DNA from: Mobula hypostoma
Taxonomy: Eukaryota
NCBI RefSeq assembly: GCF_963921235.1
Contig: NC_086108.1
Location: forward strand, 51,710,001-51,774,000
Direction: 5' to 3'
DNA length: 64,000 bases
In this document: piece after piece, positions 26,501-40,624 of the stretch
Numbering within the stretch: the first letter of the stretch is position 1
Layout: each line of letters starts with the position of its first letter
Notes under the pieces: generated by a model
The model's input: the letters and a program-made list of their open reading frames with translations, nothing else
Databases searched by the model: none
What the model was told of the DNA's origin: nothing
Program-made: the position numbers and the translations under genes

Positions 26501-29500
26501 GCGAATCTAGATTTCAACCTGATTATTGAGTTTAAACAGCCTCGTTGAAGGTATGTCATTGATGAACGGAATTTTAAAAGATGCAAGAGACTATTTCTGA
26601 TTCTAGTAAATTCCACTCAACTCACCCAGCAGACGATCTTCTGGGAATTGGAGAACTCGGAGAATTCCTGGTCTAATTGCAGCATCGAGCTTATCTTTCA
26701 TTCCAATTGTTTTAATGATGACGATTAAAGTGTTTATGTCGTGTGTCAATTGTAAACGAGAAATACTGTACACCGACTGCTTTAGATTCATGGTATTTGA
26801 TACTTCTGGCAGTTTAGATAGCAAATCTTCATATTAACAACACCTTCACTAAAGCAAAGAACTGGGTATTAAGAAGTAATTGGGACAAGCCAGAGGCGCT
26901 TTAATAAATTCAAATTCATTCCCATTTCCCAAATTAACTTCCGGAAATACACCTGATTAATTCTGTTATTTCAATGTATTTTGTGGTATCGCTGTCACGA
27001 ATCACGGCAAAGAGAATACGAGTTAGGCAGCAGTCCTGGTTTGAAGGTAATTTGGTTTCTGTGAAGGACATTATCTGTGATACTATTTAACCACCTGAAA
27101 AAAAGGAATCTCGGATTTGCCATTTATCCAGTTGCTATTTAACGTTATGCAGAGTGTCATTAAAACTTAACTTGGTTTTACTTAAATTATTACAGCAACA
27201 GCATCTGTTTCAGTTTCGCAAATACAAATCCACCTTTTTCCGAACCATTTCTTTAATTGGCCCGTGTTGTTAATTAAAGAAGTCACGTAAAACATCGGCT
27301 TTTTAAAAAAATTATTGCCTGTTCGGTTGACTTAAAGACTCTATTTCAAATATCATTTGGAAACCAAACAGTTCAATCTGTCAGTTCCATTCCTGCGTAC
27401 CTTTTCATATTTCACAGAAATATACGAACAGTGAAGGTGGGAAAATCAAGGTCAAGGTGCTGTTGAGCACCGGGTGCATTTGAAAATGTATTCTCAGTGC
27501 AAACCGAGAGGGAAAGTGATTTTTACTCAACACAATCAACCCTAAGGAGGGCATAAACTAATGGAGTCAATCATCTTTCAAAAGCGAATGTTCATTCTCT
27601 GGAACAGAAACACCACCATTTATTTTTAAAGATTAATCACTAATTTTACTCAGTGTCAGATCAAATATTCACTTCTTTTATTGGCACGGACTTGTTTCAC
27701 AAATGGGCTCATTGAACACTTCTGAAACAAACCAATATTTTGCAGATGTGAAATTGTGCTGACCATAATTTCATATCAGGACCAGTGGTGCCAAACCGTC
27801 TGCCGCAAGGCTGACTTTTCAACAAAGGGTTTTGGGGTGAATCAAATCGTGGGAATTCACGCCTCCGCTGCCCCTTCGGGAGAAAACGCTAATATCTACC
27901 CAGAGTCCAGATTGGAGCCAACCTTATAGATTTATGAATAAAATCATTGGCTGCGTTTCCAGTAGATGCTTGAGGTTTCGTTTGGTAAATGTATAGCAGT
28001 TTATGTACTAAAACTGTACTAGTTTGGGTTTTTCTTTGCAATAAAACGTATTGCACCAACCGTTGACCTGAAATCGTTTCATTTTGCAGGAGCTGACACG
28101 CACACTTGGAGCAAAGTTTCTGTTGAAGTGCTGGGCAGTGCCCTCTTGTGATTATTAAAGAGCCGCCTGACCACCACTCTTTTCCGTTGCCATCATTTAT
28201 AATAAAATATGGTTTTGGTGGCACTTTATTCGTACCACTTATCTTAATTAGAGTTTGGACCGCGCTGGGCTTTTACTAGTATTGTGGGGGCGGGGTGGTG
28301 CAGCGGAGACACACAGATAAGGAATACAGTATGTGTGTGAAGGATTTGTGTGGGATTAAATGGTACACTGCAAGCAATAAAGGGTGCAAAAATAAGACAT
28401 AGTTACACGGTTAACATACTGTAGCTTGCAGTTTATCGATTAAAATAGAATTCAATTCGGATGTTTTGTTTTAAAACATTTTAAACTTAGACTCCCGGTT
28501 AATTCCAGATGTATTGCCTTTAGAGAAGGAATTTTTTGGCTTCTGATCTTTTATCTTTTATCATCCGAAACAGATAACACACATTGCAGAGCGAAGAACT
28601 GCTTGTAAACTGTACGGCCAAGAATTTGTCAGAGGTTCCGACGAAGGCGGTCAAACCGGGAGCTTTAATTTCGCGTTTCTCTGTAGATAGTGACACGCCT
28701 TCTGTCGTTTCCAGCATTATTCTTTTCAAGTTTTCCCATTTTAAAAACTTGTATTCTGCCGTATCTTAGCGCCACCATTCAACAGATTCAGCCACAAAAG
28801 TGTTATGGCTAATAGAAATAATGGATCACCGTGACTAATTTCTATCAAGATAAATATAAACATTCATGGACAGAATTACATTTAAGAATACTTGTGCATT
28901 TCAACTTGTTTTATTAATAAGACTATAAAGGAATGCTGAGCTGATAACACGTTCAATTTGACTCCAAATGCAATGTATTTGTGTCCCAGACTGGAAGAAA
29001 CGTGGTGGATTGTGAAGTAGCGTTCTTTGCAGCATACCCTTTTTACCGAATATTTGCTATGGGACCTGCATCACTAAATTCGACAGTATCCGATGACCAT
29101 GTGAATTTCATTCATGTTCCAGATTCGACACTAAAAGAGCTTTGCAACACATTGCATTGAATCAACCCATTTCCATTAGGCAATGCGTTAAATTGTAAAC
29201 TATAGTAAGGCTGGGGTTTCAACCAATGGGCGCTAAAATCAACCGTACTTTAAAACCAAATCAGAATGTAGTTTCATTTCACATGCCTGCATCCATGTTT
29301 TACTTGAGTTTATTTGGATAATTTTTATTATAAGCACTCAAACACCCTTTATATTTGCGCACTTACGAGGCCGTCTGTAACCGAAACACGAACGTTAGTG
29401 GATGTTTTACATTCCCAGGAGAAATAATGTAAAATACCAAAACAAATTAGGGGAAGAGACTTTGTTTATGTTTTAAACATAATACATTAACCATTTGTTC

Positions 29501-31279
29501 TAAAATATTCTCTGCATTTTGGCGAAGCCAATTAGATTAATTTTCGTCTTTCAACTGTAAACAGAAAGAAACTTGCAACAATGTGGGACTTGCTGAGTTC
29601 CTCCAGCGTTTTGTGCGTGTGTTTCTTGAAGCGATCGAGATAGTTTCTGTGTTACTCTGCTTCATCAATGTGAATTTTGAAATTATTACATTTTTGTCGA
29701 TATTTTGCTGAACGATATCTGCAAAATTACTTGAGGGTCTCAGAAATAAATATGATAATTATTTTTCATACTTTTAAAAGACCACGTCGACAAGACTCAG
29801 GGGGCACATTATCTTTACAGGCTTTTGATGAACACAAGATGTGAGCGCGCCTGGTGACTAAATAGATAAGCTAATTGCCATTAAAAAAAACCTCAATTGA
29901 AATAATATATACAGGGGTTAACCCATAGAATGCAGTTGTCCATCAATGAATAGTTGATAACACATAATCGTCACATTATTTGTTATATTAAACAATTTTA
30001 ATAAATAAAGAATAAGGTTAAATATTAACGACTCCAGTATGGAAGTATCCCGGAATGAAACCATATATAATAGTGCATTCCCAATATCTGCTTTTCCTTT
30101 TTGGAGGGAGGGCGGTTAAACTAACCCTTTGTATCATAATCCTCAAAGCGACACTTTGCAACATTCCACTGCCGTCCTTCCAGCTGACGGGACACCTTAG
30201 CAAGACAACTACTAATATTAGTGAACCGACAGGCTTGTTTTGACTGCCTGTGATTTCTGATTTGATTCCACATATAAAGTGATTCCGGAATTGAAGCCCG
30301 GTGTCTCCTTGCTTATACAGACACTTGAATATCTGAAACGAAGAAGCGATCTAAGGAATTCAATCATATAAAGATATTTTATGAAGAATTTCCTCTCGTT
30401 TCCAGTATCTGCGTTTTCTTCTTATTTCATTCAAGTTCTGTAGTCAAAAGCATTTGAAAATAAAAATGGAACAAAATGCCTAAGACCAGTAAAAATTTAA
30501 ATCTTTAGTTGCTTAGACTGGTTAGTATCATGTGCATTTTCATGGTCGCTTTATCAGCGTTTAAAGTAAAAGTCAGAGATACCTGTGTTCAGTGTAGTGG
30601 GAAAGTCTACCAAGGCAAATTTGACATGAATCTTGTTAGGCGGAGCATATCAGACCGTATCCCAATAGATCCCGCCAATGATTAATCAAATCCATTCTCA
30701 AAAGTGCGGAATTACACTTAAGGTTATTAGTAAGAAAGCTAGTTATTACATACCGAGCGTGTTAAATGCTATTCCATTTTATAAAATACTATATTAACTT
30801 TGAATTAAAATAGTGTCACTGACTTTAAATCTGTTCATTTCATCAATGCGAAGTGCGTGTTTTCGGGAGGGAAGGGGTGATTTCTGTGGTACCACCGATG
30901 TACCCACGCCTATAGTTCGAGTAATAAGGCGTTTTGACATCTGGTAAATTTCTTCAAAATAAAGGTTATAACGCGATTTGAAAAATAAACACGCACGTCG
31001 GTTGGAGAAGCAATTAGAAACCGTACAATATCAGGTTAATAAACTTCCTGGCGAGTTCATTTGACGTTTCCTTCCGCGTCTATCAGTCCGACTTTAACAA
31101 ATAATGGGGAGAGGAGGAAAAGAAGGGGGGAAGGGTGCGTTTTCTCCAAACAGATGTTGACAGAAGTCTCAATTCAATGATATTTGTAGATGAAAAAGAC
31201 AGACATATTGCACTGGCACCGAACTGGCCGCCCAAATCTAAGAAAATGGTCTGGAGGGAAACTAATGATGAAAAAAAAA

Positions 31280-32971
31280 CGTCTACTCCGTCTCAGTTGC
31301 CTTAATTAAATGCATGGAAAGAACCGAGAGGCTCACATCTGGTTTCAATATGGTTCTCTTTGATGGCATCAAGTGTTCTTTTCCCATATCAGGCCGCTGC
31401 AAGTAATAGGACGTCAATTGCAGCTCGGAGCCCAGACTCCTGCCATTTCCACACATGGGCTCCCCTTCAATCCTGTTGAGTTCTTTTTCTGAAACCTCAC
31501 GCAATCTGCGAAATGAAAGCAGGATATTTGGATTGTGTGGTGTGTGGGGGGGGGGTTGAGATGACCACTTCGCCTCTACTATCGCATATATTTGCAAAAC
31601 ATTTAATAAAATCGAAAAGGGAACTGAATCTTTATGTGCCCCCACATCCCAATAATGCATTTAAAAGCACAGCGAGGATCGCCAACTCAAAAGAAAAGTT
31701 CAGAAAATGCCTATCTGTGAAAACTTTGGGGTTTTCCCTCCCCCATCTGATCCGTGTGGTTCTGATCGCTGCTGCACAAGTGAAACAAAAGCTAAATGCT
31801 CCCAGGGCCAGTTACATACAGACTCGAGCACTGGCTGTGCGTCGCACGGACTCGGAGCGCCCCCGCCACTACCGCGAGGCGCAGCAGTCTCGCACACGCA
31901 ACGGGCACAGTTTCTGTATCTACATGTAGATTTAAAGTATAAGTTAGCGCCGTCGGATTAGTCTTCCTACAAAGTTTTCTTGGCGCAGCTTGTGTAGGTG
32001 AGTACATGGCCCTTGTAATATTTTCTTTTGCCTGAAGCAAGGAACTATTTATGACCGAATGCAAAGGAAAAGCGGATTCTTTTTTGAAGGGAAGGGGGAG
32101 GGGAAGGTGCCCAACGAGTGGTATAAAACATGCAAATTAGTTCTTTAACCGCAATGCAAAACAAGTCTGGGCGAGTTGACGGGATACATAAACAAGTTGA
32201 CTCTTTGAAGTATTTTCCTGGCTGTCAGTTTCTCTCTTTTTTATATGTTTTTCAGATGATAATTACATCTTCTAATGAATTACAAAGGGATCCGAGGCCA
32301 GATTACAAGAGAGCAAAGGTTTCATTTGCCCGCTCTAATCAAAGTGGTGGGAGTGCTGTGATGGAGAGAGGTCTGTAGAACGTCAGAGGCACAGAACACA
32401 GGGGCTCTGCCACGTAATTACAGGCCTGTACTAGCAGAATCTCGTCTCCCTGGGGTCGCCAATTTTAATTTATTCGGCGCAAAACAATCCCTGGACGGCA
32501 CTCTGCTGGCTTTTGAAGTGCCAGAAAGGCCTTTTTTCTACAAGCAGAAGTATTGCACACTTCAGAGTTCCCCCGCCTAGAATCTTCCAACCAAAAACTA
32601 TTTTACCCTCCTGTGTGTGTGTCTCTCTCTCTTAAACTAGAGTAAGTTGAGAAACCTCATTCGTACATCTGCAAAACATCATTCTTTCTAAACTGATGTC
32701 ACCTATGTGAGTCAAGAAGGAAGGACAACTTTTCTTCAAGTTCCTTACTATGTACTGCTGTTGCTTGGGCGCCGGAGAAGTTATCAACTGTAAGGAAAGC
32801 TTGCTCATTTTTTTACTTTTTTAACGTTTTGATTTTCCGGCGTGGGGTTCAAGTGTGTGGAGACCTATTCTGAGTATTAGCCTAAACTGGAGACGAAAGG
32901 TGCCGAGGTGCAGAAGATTGATAGAATTTGTATATACAAATTTTGTTTTTAGAAGAATTAGTACCTAAGCC
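31280..32971 (+). promoter_or_regulatory. PRRX1 proximal promoter/5' UTR region
   Basis: Immediately upstream of the ATG, repeat-free and CpG-rich. Motifs include TATAAAA (32122), ATGCAAAT (32130), CAGATG/TAATTA (32253-32265) and ATCAAAG (32338). The TSS cannot be determined. Confidence 0.5.
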
Positions 32972-33221
32972 ATGACCTCGAGTTATCCCCACGTTATGGA
33001 CAGGCAAGCGTCTTCTGTACCCACTCGCTTGGAGAACACTATCACAGCCAGTATGGACAATTTACAGTCTAAAAAGAATTTCACGGTGAGTCACCTGCTG
33101 GATCTGGAAGAAGTGGGGGAGATGAACCTTCAGCAGGCCGACGAGGGTGTCAGTGAGGCGGGCAGGAAACTCCTCGAGTCTCCAGTGGTGACCAGCGGCA
33201 GTGACACTCCCCAACAAGAAA
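32972..33221 (+). CDS. PRRX1: PRRX1 coding exon 1
   Basis: Start context aagccATGA. Encodes MTSSYPHVMDRQ...SKKNFTVSHLLDLEE (eh1-like/Prx motif)...SGSDTPQQE; donor GTAAGT at 33222 (phase 1). Confidence 0.95.
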
Positions 33222-36200
33222 GTAAGTGTGAACAAAACATAAATAAAATGGGGGACAAGGGTTTACTAACGGGATTATCACTGTGGCTCAAAGAGTGATC
33301 ATCGCATTAACACGTACGTGTAAATGTCGTGGAGCCGTTTGTTATTACGGAAGCGTGGAGATGTCGCTTGGCACAGTCCCGAGGCGCCTTTTATGAGGCA
33401 GATGGAGGTAAATGTTTGGGGGGGGGGGGTGTTGTAAGAAAAACGGAACTCTTTAAAGTTGATGATGCAGCATTACTTCTACATTCTCGCTTTCCGTTTT
33501 GAATACGTCCCAAATGCAAACACATTAAAAACTAACAATTTATAGTCTGCGTCGGGAGTACCAGTACCTTCATGCAGTAAAGTCTCCAATGAGAGTATTG
33601 GAGAGACATTGTATGGAGATGTAGAAGATGCGTGGAGATTGTATCGTAGAATTGTTAGGCTCAGATGGTTCACATTATCCCACTGGAGAATATTTCAAGG
33701 TCGTGTCTATATGGATAATAACATTAAATACAATTCATTTGGCATAAAGGGGAGTGTTGTAAGTTTAGAGTTAATTATACGAAGAAGAATACGCCGTTCA
33801 GCTATTTAGCAGCGCGTCGCCCCCATTAGCAGAACCATGTTGCTTTTGATCGCTCATTGTCTGAGAACATGTGTAGCCATTACAAGTGGACGTATTGAAT
33901 TTGACAAAAGTGCTTTAAGTGTCCCCACAGACAACAACACTGGTAATGACAGCTAATCTGATTAGTTTGATAAATTGATTGGTCATGCATCAACGATAAA
34001 AGACGACAACTTTGTTTTCAATGAATCATGCCTAGCATGTAAAGTTAAGGAAACATTTACTTCTAATTATCCACGGCAATACTCTGGCCAAAACTCACTC
34101 GCTCCCCGTGCACAAAATAACTCTGATTTTTTATCACTTTTGGAGTCAAATAATTTCAATCTCCAGTAAAACTTGATTTTTTTATATTTCCTGTAAGCTT
34201 CGAATATGAAGGAAATTGTGCTCAGCCATGGAAATTATTTATATATATCTCTACCTTATATATGTTATATAGACAGAGGCCCGCGTGAATAAAACGGTAT
34301 TAGTTCGCACATGATTTGATTGGGGACAGTCCGTTTTATATCAGAAAAATTACTGGCCCCCTTAAAAAAAAGTTTAATTTCATTCTCTTCCAGGTCTGGC
34401 ACCAGTTCGCTAATAAAAGATAAGGGGAAAGCGTGTAAATTCTTAGCTTCTTTCATCCTCGAGCAGTTAAGATAAAAATTGTTAGAAGTTTTCCGCCTGT
34501 CCCTGGATCAGAGTGAGTCCGATGCTGGCTGATTGATGTGTAGTGTTCAGAATGTCCCCCTCTCTCATTTTCTCTCTGTCTTTCTCTCTCCTTGCCTCCA
34601 GAGACCCCTACTGACTATTAGATACGGCTTATTGAGCCGGCCTGGCCTAAATTCATCAGCCCCCTCCCCTTTACATTTCTCTGACAGCACAGCAGATGTG
34701 GATCGGCGCCGGCAATGTGCCCCTGACCGGAGATCTGCCTTGATCCCCTGGTCTGAGAATCTGCCCCAAGCAACACAGCCAGCCTGACATTCTGAGAAGG
34801 CCCCGGGAAACGATCGCGAACGTTTTATAGTTTATAGTTCTCCCACTACGTTTTAACAATCCAATTATGAAACACGTTGCTGGTTGAGAACATTCTGTAG
34901 CTGTAATGAGTTTCTTAATACCAGCTATTAAGCCAAAAGAATATTGAAAGAGAGGGAAAGAATTTCGTGACATCAAGATAATGCATGCTTTGAAATGGAG
35001 ATCCATCCTTCCCAATAAAGAATTTAAGATTAAGTAGACTGTATTAAACACTGGCCTCCAAGAGAGTCAACACCTTTTAACAAAACTAGCAGGTTATTGA
35101 ACGATAGTTCCCTGAGAGGGTCATTGTGATTTCAGTCTATTCAGCTGAGCAACTAGTGTCACTTTAGACACCGTGCGGAGAGATTTCGGGTGGTTTCACA
35201 TAAAACCAGGAGATGAGCAGTACAGTTTTGCACACTTCATGCATTTGAACACTTGCGGCATTGACGCCAGCCAGGGTCGCACCGACTCGGTGGTATAAAC
35301 AGTAATAGCGCAGAGAATTTATACAATTAAATCAACGTTTCTAGAGGTGTTGGAACATGGCTTGCTTCCTCTTTGAACTAATAAAGAACTGGAGTTTTAC
35401 CTGCACGGTGAACTTTAAGGGTTCTCAGTAGTTGAGGTCGTAACACAATAATGACTCAGAACTGAAAAGCTGTTACATAATCTTTCACCAGTTCATTTTC
35501 TCCGGTAGAATGAAAGGCAAGCATTCCAGAAACACAGTGATTATAATATGTTTCTATCAATAAAGTTGTTATTTATTAATCTGATTCGCAGTTTTAATCT
35601 TTGGTTGCAGCTGTAAGTAATTATTTAATATTTGACAATAAGATGTTTTTAATAGAGGTCTCCAGTGGATTTATTCGGTGATTATAATTTGTTGAAGTCT
35701 TGCTCTGAGGTACTTTCCAACTGAATCAATGCATCCAATAACGGCCGTTCTATGCAGCCGCCAAGGAAATCACAAAATACATAATGCCTTGTGCAAGATT
35801 GCAAACCAATTAACGTACCCTTATATAACAGTACTGGAATGTAGGTTCCAAGCTGGAGGAAGGGGTGGAATGCAAAGCCTATACCTCAACAGAAATCAAT
35901 TGTCTAAAAATTCCGTCCATCCAGCCCGCTGGTACTTCAGGCATTATATAGCTATGTCTTCAATTAATGTGCGAATCAGGGACAATAATTATACCAAGCA
36001 CTTTAACTGGTTCAGGCAAGTGGCTTTATTTTTAAAACAGCATGCACAGCATCCACTGTAATAAAGTTGTGCTGCCTTCAAAACCATGCATTTCCCCCAC
36101 TAATTTACATATATTCCCACATATTCACTATGAGTGGGTGGTAATTTCTTAGTGCAATATGATACGCAGTCTATTATGACATAGAGTTACTTCTTACAAT

Positions 36201-37104
36201 ATGTAACTCACATATATCATATAAAAATATTGATCATCAAGATATAATGTCAGGCCATGGATAAATCATGGTAGAAAAAACTGGAATTGCCGAGATACTC
36301 CTACGAGAAATATACTTTTTAGTATGTGGAAGATGGTCATTTCATTATAGTTTTAGTCAGTGAAAGAATAGCCCTTTAGCGGACAAAAGAAAACATTCAC
36401 TTAAAATTTCTCTATCCTCACGTAATTTCCCTGCGCTAAGAAGTTCCCTCTCGTGGTTTCAATTTCAGTTGCAGCTAGCGAAACCTGTACGATATTGACG
36501 CTCAGAACGCTAATCCTCTCATCAATCAAAGCATAGGCCAGGTTTTTGGAAACGGGAATTACAGATAAAAGAAACGGAGGTTTCTTTAAGTGGCGTATAC
36601 AGCCCTAGGCATTCAGGGCAGAAATAATGTTGGAAGAATATGGAACACATAGACCCTGCTTTATGACCTATTTGATTCATAAACAAATACCATTGCGAAG
36701 GGACTCGAAAAGCAACGGGATATATTCATCAGATAAAGTAATATCAAATACCAGGGACATAAAAACTCACAGACATACTACATCTAGGATCAGCAGGCCG
36801 TTTCGACTGGAAATTTACCCCTCACATTGAGCAGACTATGCCAAGTATGGATGTCGAAACAATTTTATTTTCGTAGACTATGGATTTCCCTTCTCAATTT
36901 AAGCATTAGAGTAAGACTAATACAATGATAGCGATTGATCTTCGCGGGCAAGTTGCTGACGGATAAGCGGAGTAGTGAGATAGAAAGACGGGCTCAACAC
37001 AATTGCTGCGGTGCATGTTCTGAAGGTCCCTTGTACTCCAAGTAGAGATTTTTTTTCCCTCTCTTTAATTCTGCAAGTGCTAACTGATTAAACAGTGCGT
37101 GTAA

Positions 37105-37374
<270 letters not shown>

Positions 37375-38062
37375 TAGAGAAAGCGATAGAGAGGAAGGAA
37401 GTTATTTTGACAAGTTACTTACTCAGTGTTGCTACCCACATTGTTACCTGTGCGGTTTTTTTGCCTTCTACTAAAGAGTGGCTGAATACTAAATTAACCT
37501 CCCTCCAAATTATTTGCTCACAGTTAAATAAATCACACAATAAAGCGATATTGCCACAGACTGATTGGATTCGGCGCTGACTTATTACTGCATTATTTCA
37601 TGTGCAGTGAGTATAATATTTATCACTTTATGTGCGCAATACCCAAAAATGTGCGTGATAAGAAGGACTTATCAACAACGTTAATTTTGTCTCTGTACCT
37701 TGTTTACTCTCTAATTTTCCAACATTGCACAATCTCGATCGGATTCCAACGTTCGGTACATCTTCTGGCGACTTTAACACATCAAATGTTAAACGATGTC
37801 CATAATTAGTGGCTGATGTTGCGACGAGCCTTTATGTTCTGAAGACTGATAGCATATATGAAGTGAGATTCTGAATGAGAGTGACTGGAAATGGCCGCTT
37901 AGTGACCTGGCTATCAGGTACTATTTTCATTTCAAAAGTAAATACAAAGCCCGGAGTAAACTGTAAGAACGGCAACAGCGAATGTCAAAGGCAGGGAACG
38001 AACAGGAACGAATATACACATTTACAGGCAGTCAAACAGACAACACAACGTTGGCCAGTTTT

Positions 38063-38283
38063 TAAACGCAAACAACAGGAATTCTGCAGATGCTGGAAAT
38101 TCAAGCAACACACATCAAAGTTGCTGGTGAACGCAGCAGGCCAGGCAGCATCTATAGGAAGAGGCGCAGTCGACGTTTCAGGGCAAGTCCTGACGAAGGG
38201 TCTCGGCCTGAAACGTCGACTGCGCCTCTTCCTATAGATGCTGCCTGGCCTGCTGCGTTCACCAGCAACTTTGATGTGTGTTG
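38063..38283. mobile_element. Palindromic Penelope-tail-derived insertion in PRRX1 intron 2
   Basis: Perfect 77-bp inverted arms at 38106-38182 and 38207-38283. Flanking direct repeat GTTGGCCAGTTTT at 38050-38062 and 38280-38292. Homologous to the 3' tail of the element at 45176-46305. Confidence 0.85.
38186..38221 (+). ncRNA. Minimal type I hammerhead ribozyme motif
   Basis: AGTC-CTGACGA-AGG gtctcgg CCT-GAAA-CG-TC^GACT. CUGAnGA and GAAA boxes are intact, helices I and II can form, the cleavage triplet is GUC, and helix III is reduced to palindromic ACGT. Confidence 0.75.
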
Positions 38284-38635
38284 GCCAGTTTTGTTTTGCT
38301 CAAACATTATTCCTCTGTGCTGGAGATCTAGTGTGTCAAACACTACAGTCGAAATAATTGTGCCTTGGTGTTACATTTAAAGCTCCTTTTCAACTTATAT
38401 ACCAAACATTTAAAAATTTCATGTGAATTTACTTGCGCGCAGCGTAAATGGTATCAATTGTCCGTTCTTAAAATTAATTATTTTGCACTTGGATATAGAT
38501 TCATGATAAAATAGCTGAAAAAGTATACTGGTGCCACACAATGTGGTACCGTGGATAAACAACATTAGTAAAAAAAAAAGTGAAACAGAGCAACACACCA
38601 CGATACATCCATTGTAAAAGATGCATTTTAAACTG

Positions 38636-38768
38636 TGAACAAGAGAAAATCTGCAGATGCTGAAAATCCGAGCAACACACACACAATGTTGGAGGAACTC
38701 AGCAGGCCAGGCAGCATCTATGGAAAAAAGTACAGTCAACGCTTTGGTCGCAACCCTTCGGCAGAACT
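38636..38768 (-). mobile_element. Penelope-like 3'-tail fragment with degenerate hammerhead
   Basis: Same family (CTGCAGATGCTG...GCAGGCCAGGCAGCATCTAT...CAGTC). The minus strand reads CTGCCGAAGGG...AAAGCGTTGACTG, so the core is mutated. Confidence 0.75.
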
Positions 38769-40624
38769 ATACTGCTGCAAGTTTATGAACGAAACCTGAA
38801 GGGCAGAATTATTCTCTAAATTAATTTTAACTGAATTTTTCTTCCTGAGTAGAGTCAGTGTAACACACCAACCGAGTACATAGGAAGTACATCGCAAATT
38901 GTTGAATATTTATAGTACGGCAAAGCAGAATACATTTTGCCTGGCAAATAAAGCAATATATGTAGGTTGGTGTGACCACCTGCTCCAGTCCAATGAAATC
39001 TGCCACGTACTAAGATCTTGTAGGAATTCCCAGACTGCAGCTGATCCCAATACGTATAAGAAAACAGCAAGGGGAGCTTTAGACCTGATGCAATGGGTAC
39101 CTACAGACTGACAACCAAATCTACCTATCACATACCTCTGGATCAAGTGTGCATAAAGCGGGTTAAAACCTTTCTACTGGTGGAATATTATCCAATCCTC
39201 CCACCCTCCAATGCAGATCCAATGTGCCATGCTCATTGGGAGATTTCATTGGACTAGAGCAAGTGATCATTTCAAATCACCTACATTGCATTATTAGTTA
39301 TGGTACAGTATCCACAATCCCTGAAGTGTGCCACTAGGATTTGCTTCCTGGCATTTTGAGAACATGCCAGATCAGATGGTCTGGGTGGAAGTCAGGGAGC
39401 ACTGATGCTCTGTCACACAGAGGAGAGAAGAAGTTATGTTCTCTTGCATTGGACCTACATTAGATATCCCTCTATTTTCAGGCTCAGCAGGAAAATTATA
39501 ATACCTCATTTCCCACTGTCCACCATCACTACCATGGTATAGATCAGATATAGGTCAGATTTCCAGTCAAGCTCTTCCAGATGTGAGCCAATTCAGAAGA
39601 TAGCCTCTGCATCCAAGCCATACCAATGAACATTATTCAGTGGTTTAGTTCTTTCCTTAATTTTGTTTATTCCTGTCACAGAAAGGCGAAATCAGTCGGT
39701 TGAGCAGTTAAGAGATAGAGTTGTGGGCTTTTTTTTTTAAATAGTCAGGAAAGTCACTCAAAATGGACAGCCAACTTTGCCAATATCTAAATGGACTTCT
39801 CTGAATCTGTAATTCTTCCTAAGTTTGTCTCCAATCATTTGCCAAAATATTTTATATTTTGAAAAATAAATCCCCAGCAGAGTGACTTAACTAGCACTGA
39901 TTAGATTCCCATTTACGAATTTTTATTCCGAACAAAGAAAAAATACCATAATTAAAATGAAAATGTGCTATGTGGATTCAACCCCCCATAAGCAAGACAG
40001 TGTTGTGTCATTTTGTTCTAATTGGACCTAATGAGAACCATCCTCTGTGTTCCAGTTTTCAGGGAAGATGTCAAGAAAGTGAGTTATGTCAGTAGTGAGC
40101 ATTTTTAAAAAATTCTTTACAGTACAACTTTGCTGTACGGTATTAATGGTACTGCCCATTAATGTAATATTCCAATACATCTTATTGCCAGTAAAGCAAA
40201 ATGCTCATACTCTTGATTAGAATTACAATTTACATTGCAAATTTGCAGTACTGTTACAATTATATACCTTTGAGACCTGAGAAACATTGTTTCTTAAGAT
40301 TTATATAGCTGACTTTCAGTCCCCATGAACACCAAGAGCTGTAAATTACAGCCCTTTCAGGTGCCAGCCTGAAAGGATCTTCACTGGAACAAGTTTTGAT
40401 GTATGCATCCTCAACTCTTTTACATCGTCAGCTTCAAAATAATAAACTTATAGAAAATACTCCAATAGTTGAACTATCAGATGAGCTTAAAATATGAGTT
40501 TAAATTTAAATATATCGACTTGCGAAACCAGGTTCGATGGAATGTTTACATTCAGAATGTATTAGAGTCCTAATATCAGTTTGCTGGCTTGGGAAATGTA
40601 TCAATAGTGGACTCGTTCCACCTA

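Noticed and set aside
32696..32710. Tiny uORF (ATG TCA CCT ATG TGA) upstream of PRRX1
   Set aside because: The TSS is unknown, so it cannot be shown to be in the mRNA; such uORFs arise by chance.
38106..38283. Possible pre-miRNA
   Set aside because: The perfect 77-bp stem, flanking duplication and homology to a TE tail indicate a mobile-element origin; no known miRNA recognised.
37875..38380. ORFs on both strands sharing the peptide QHTSKLLVNAAGQAAS (also at 46412)
   Set aside because: Artefact of the palindromic repeat, not a protein family.
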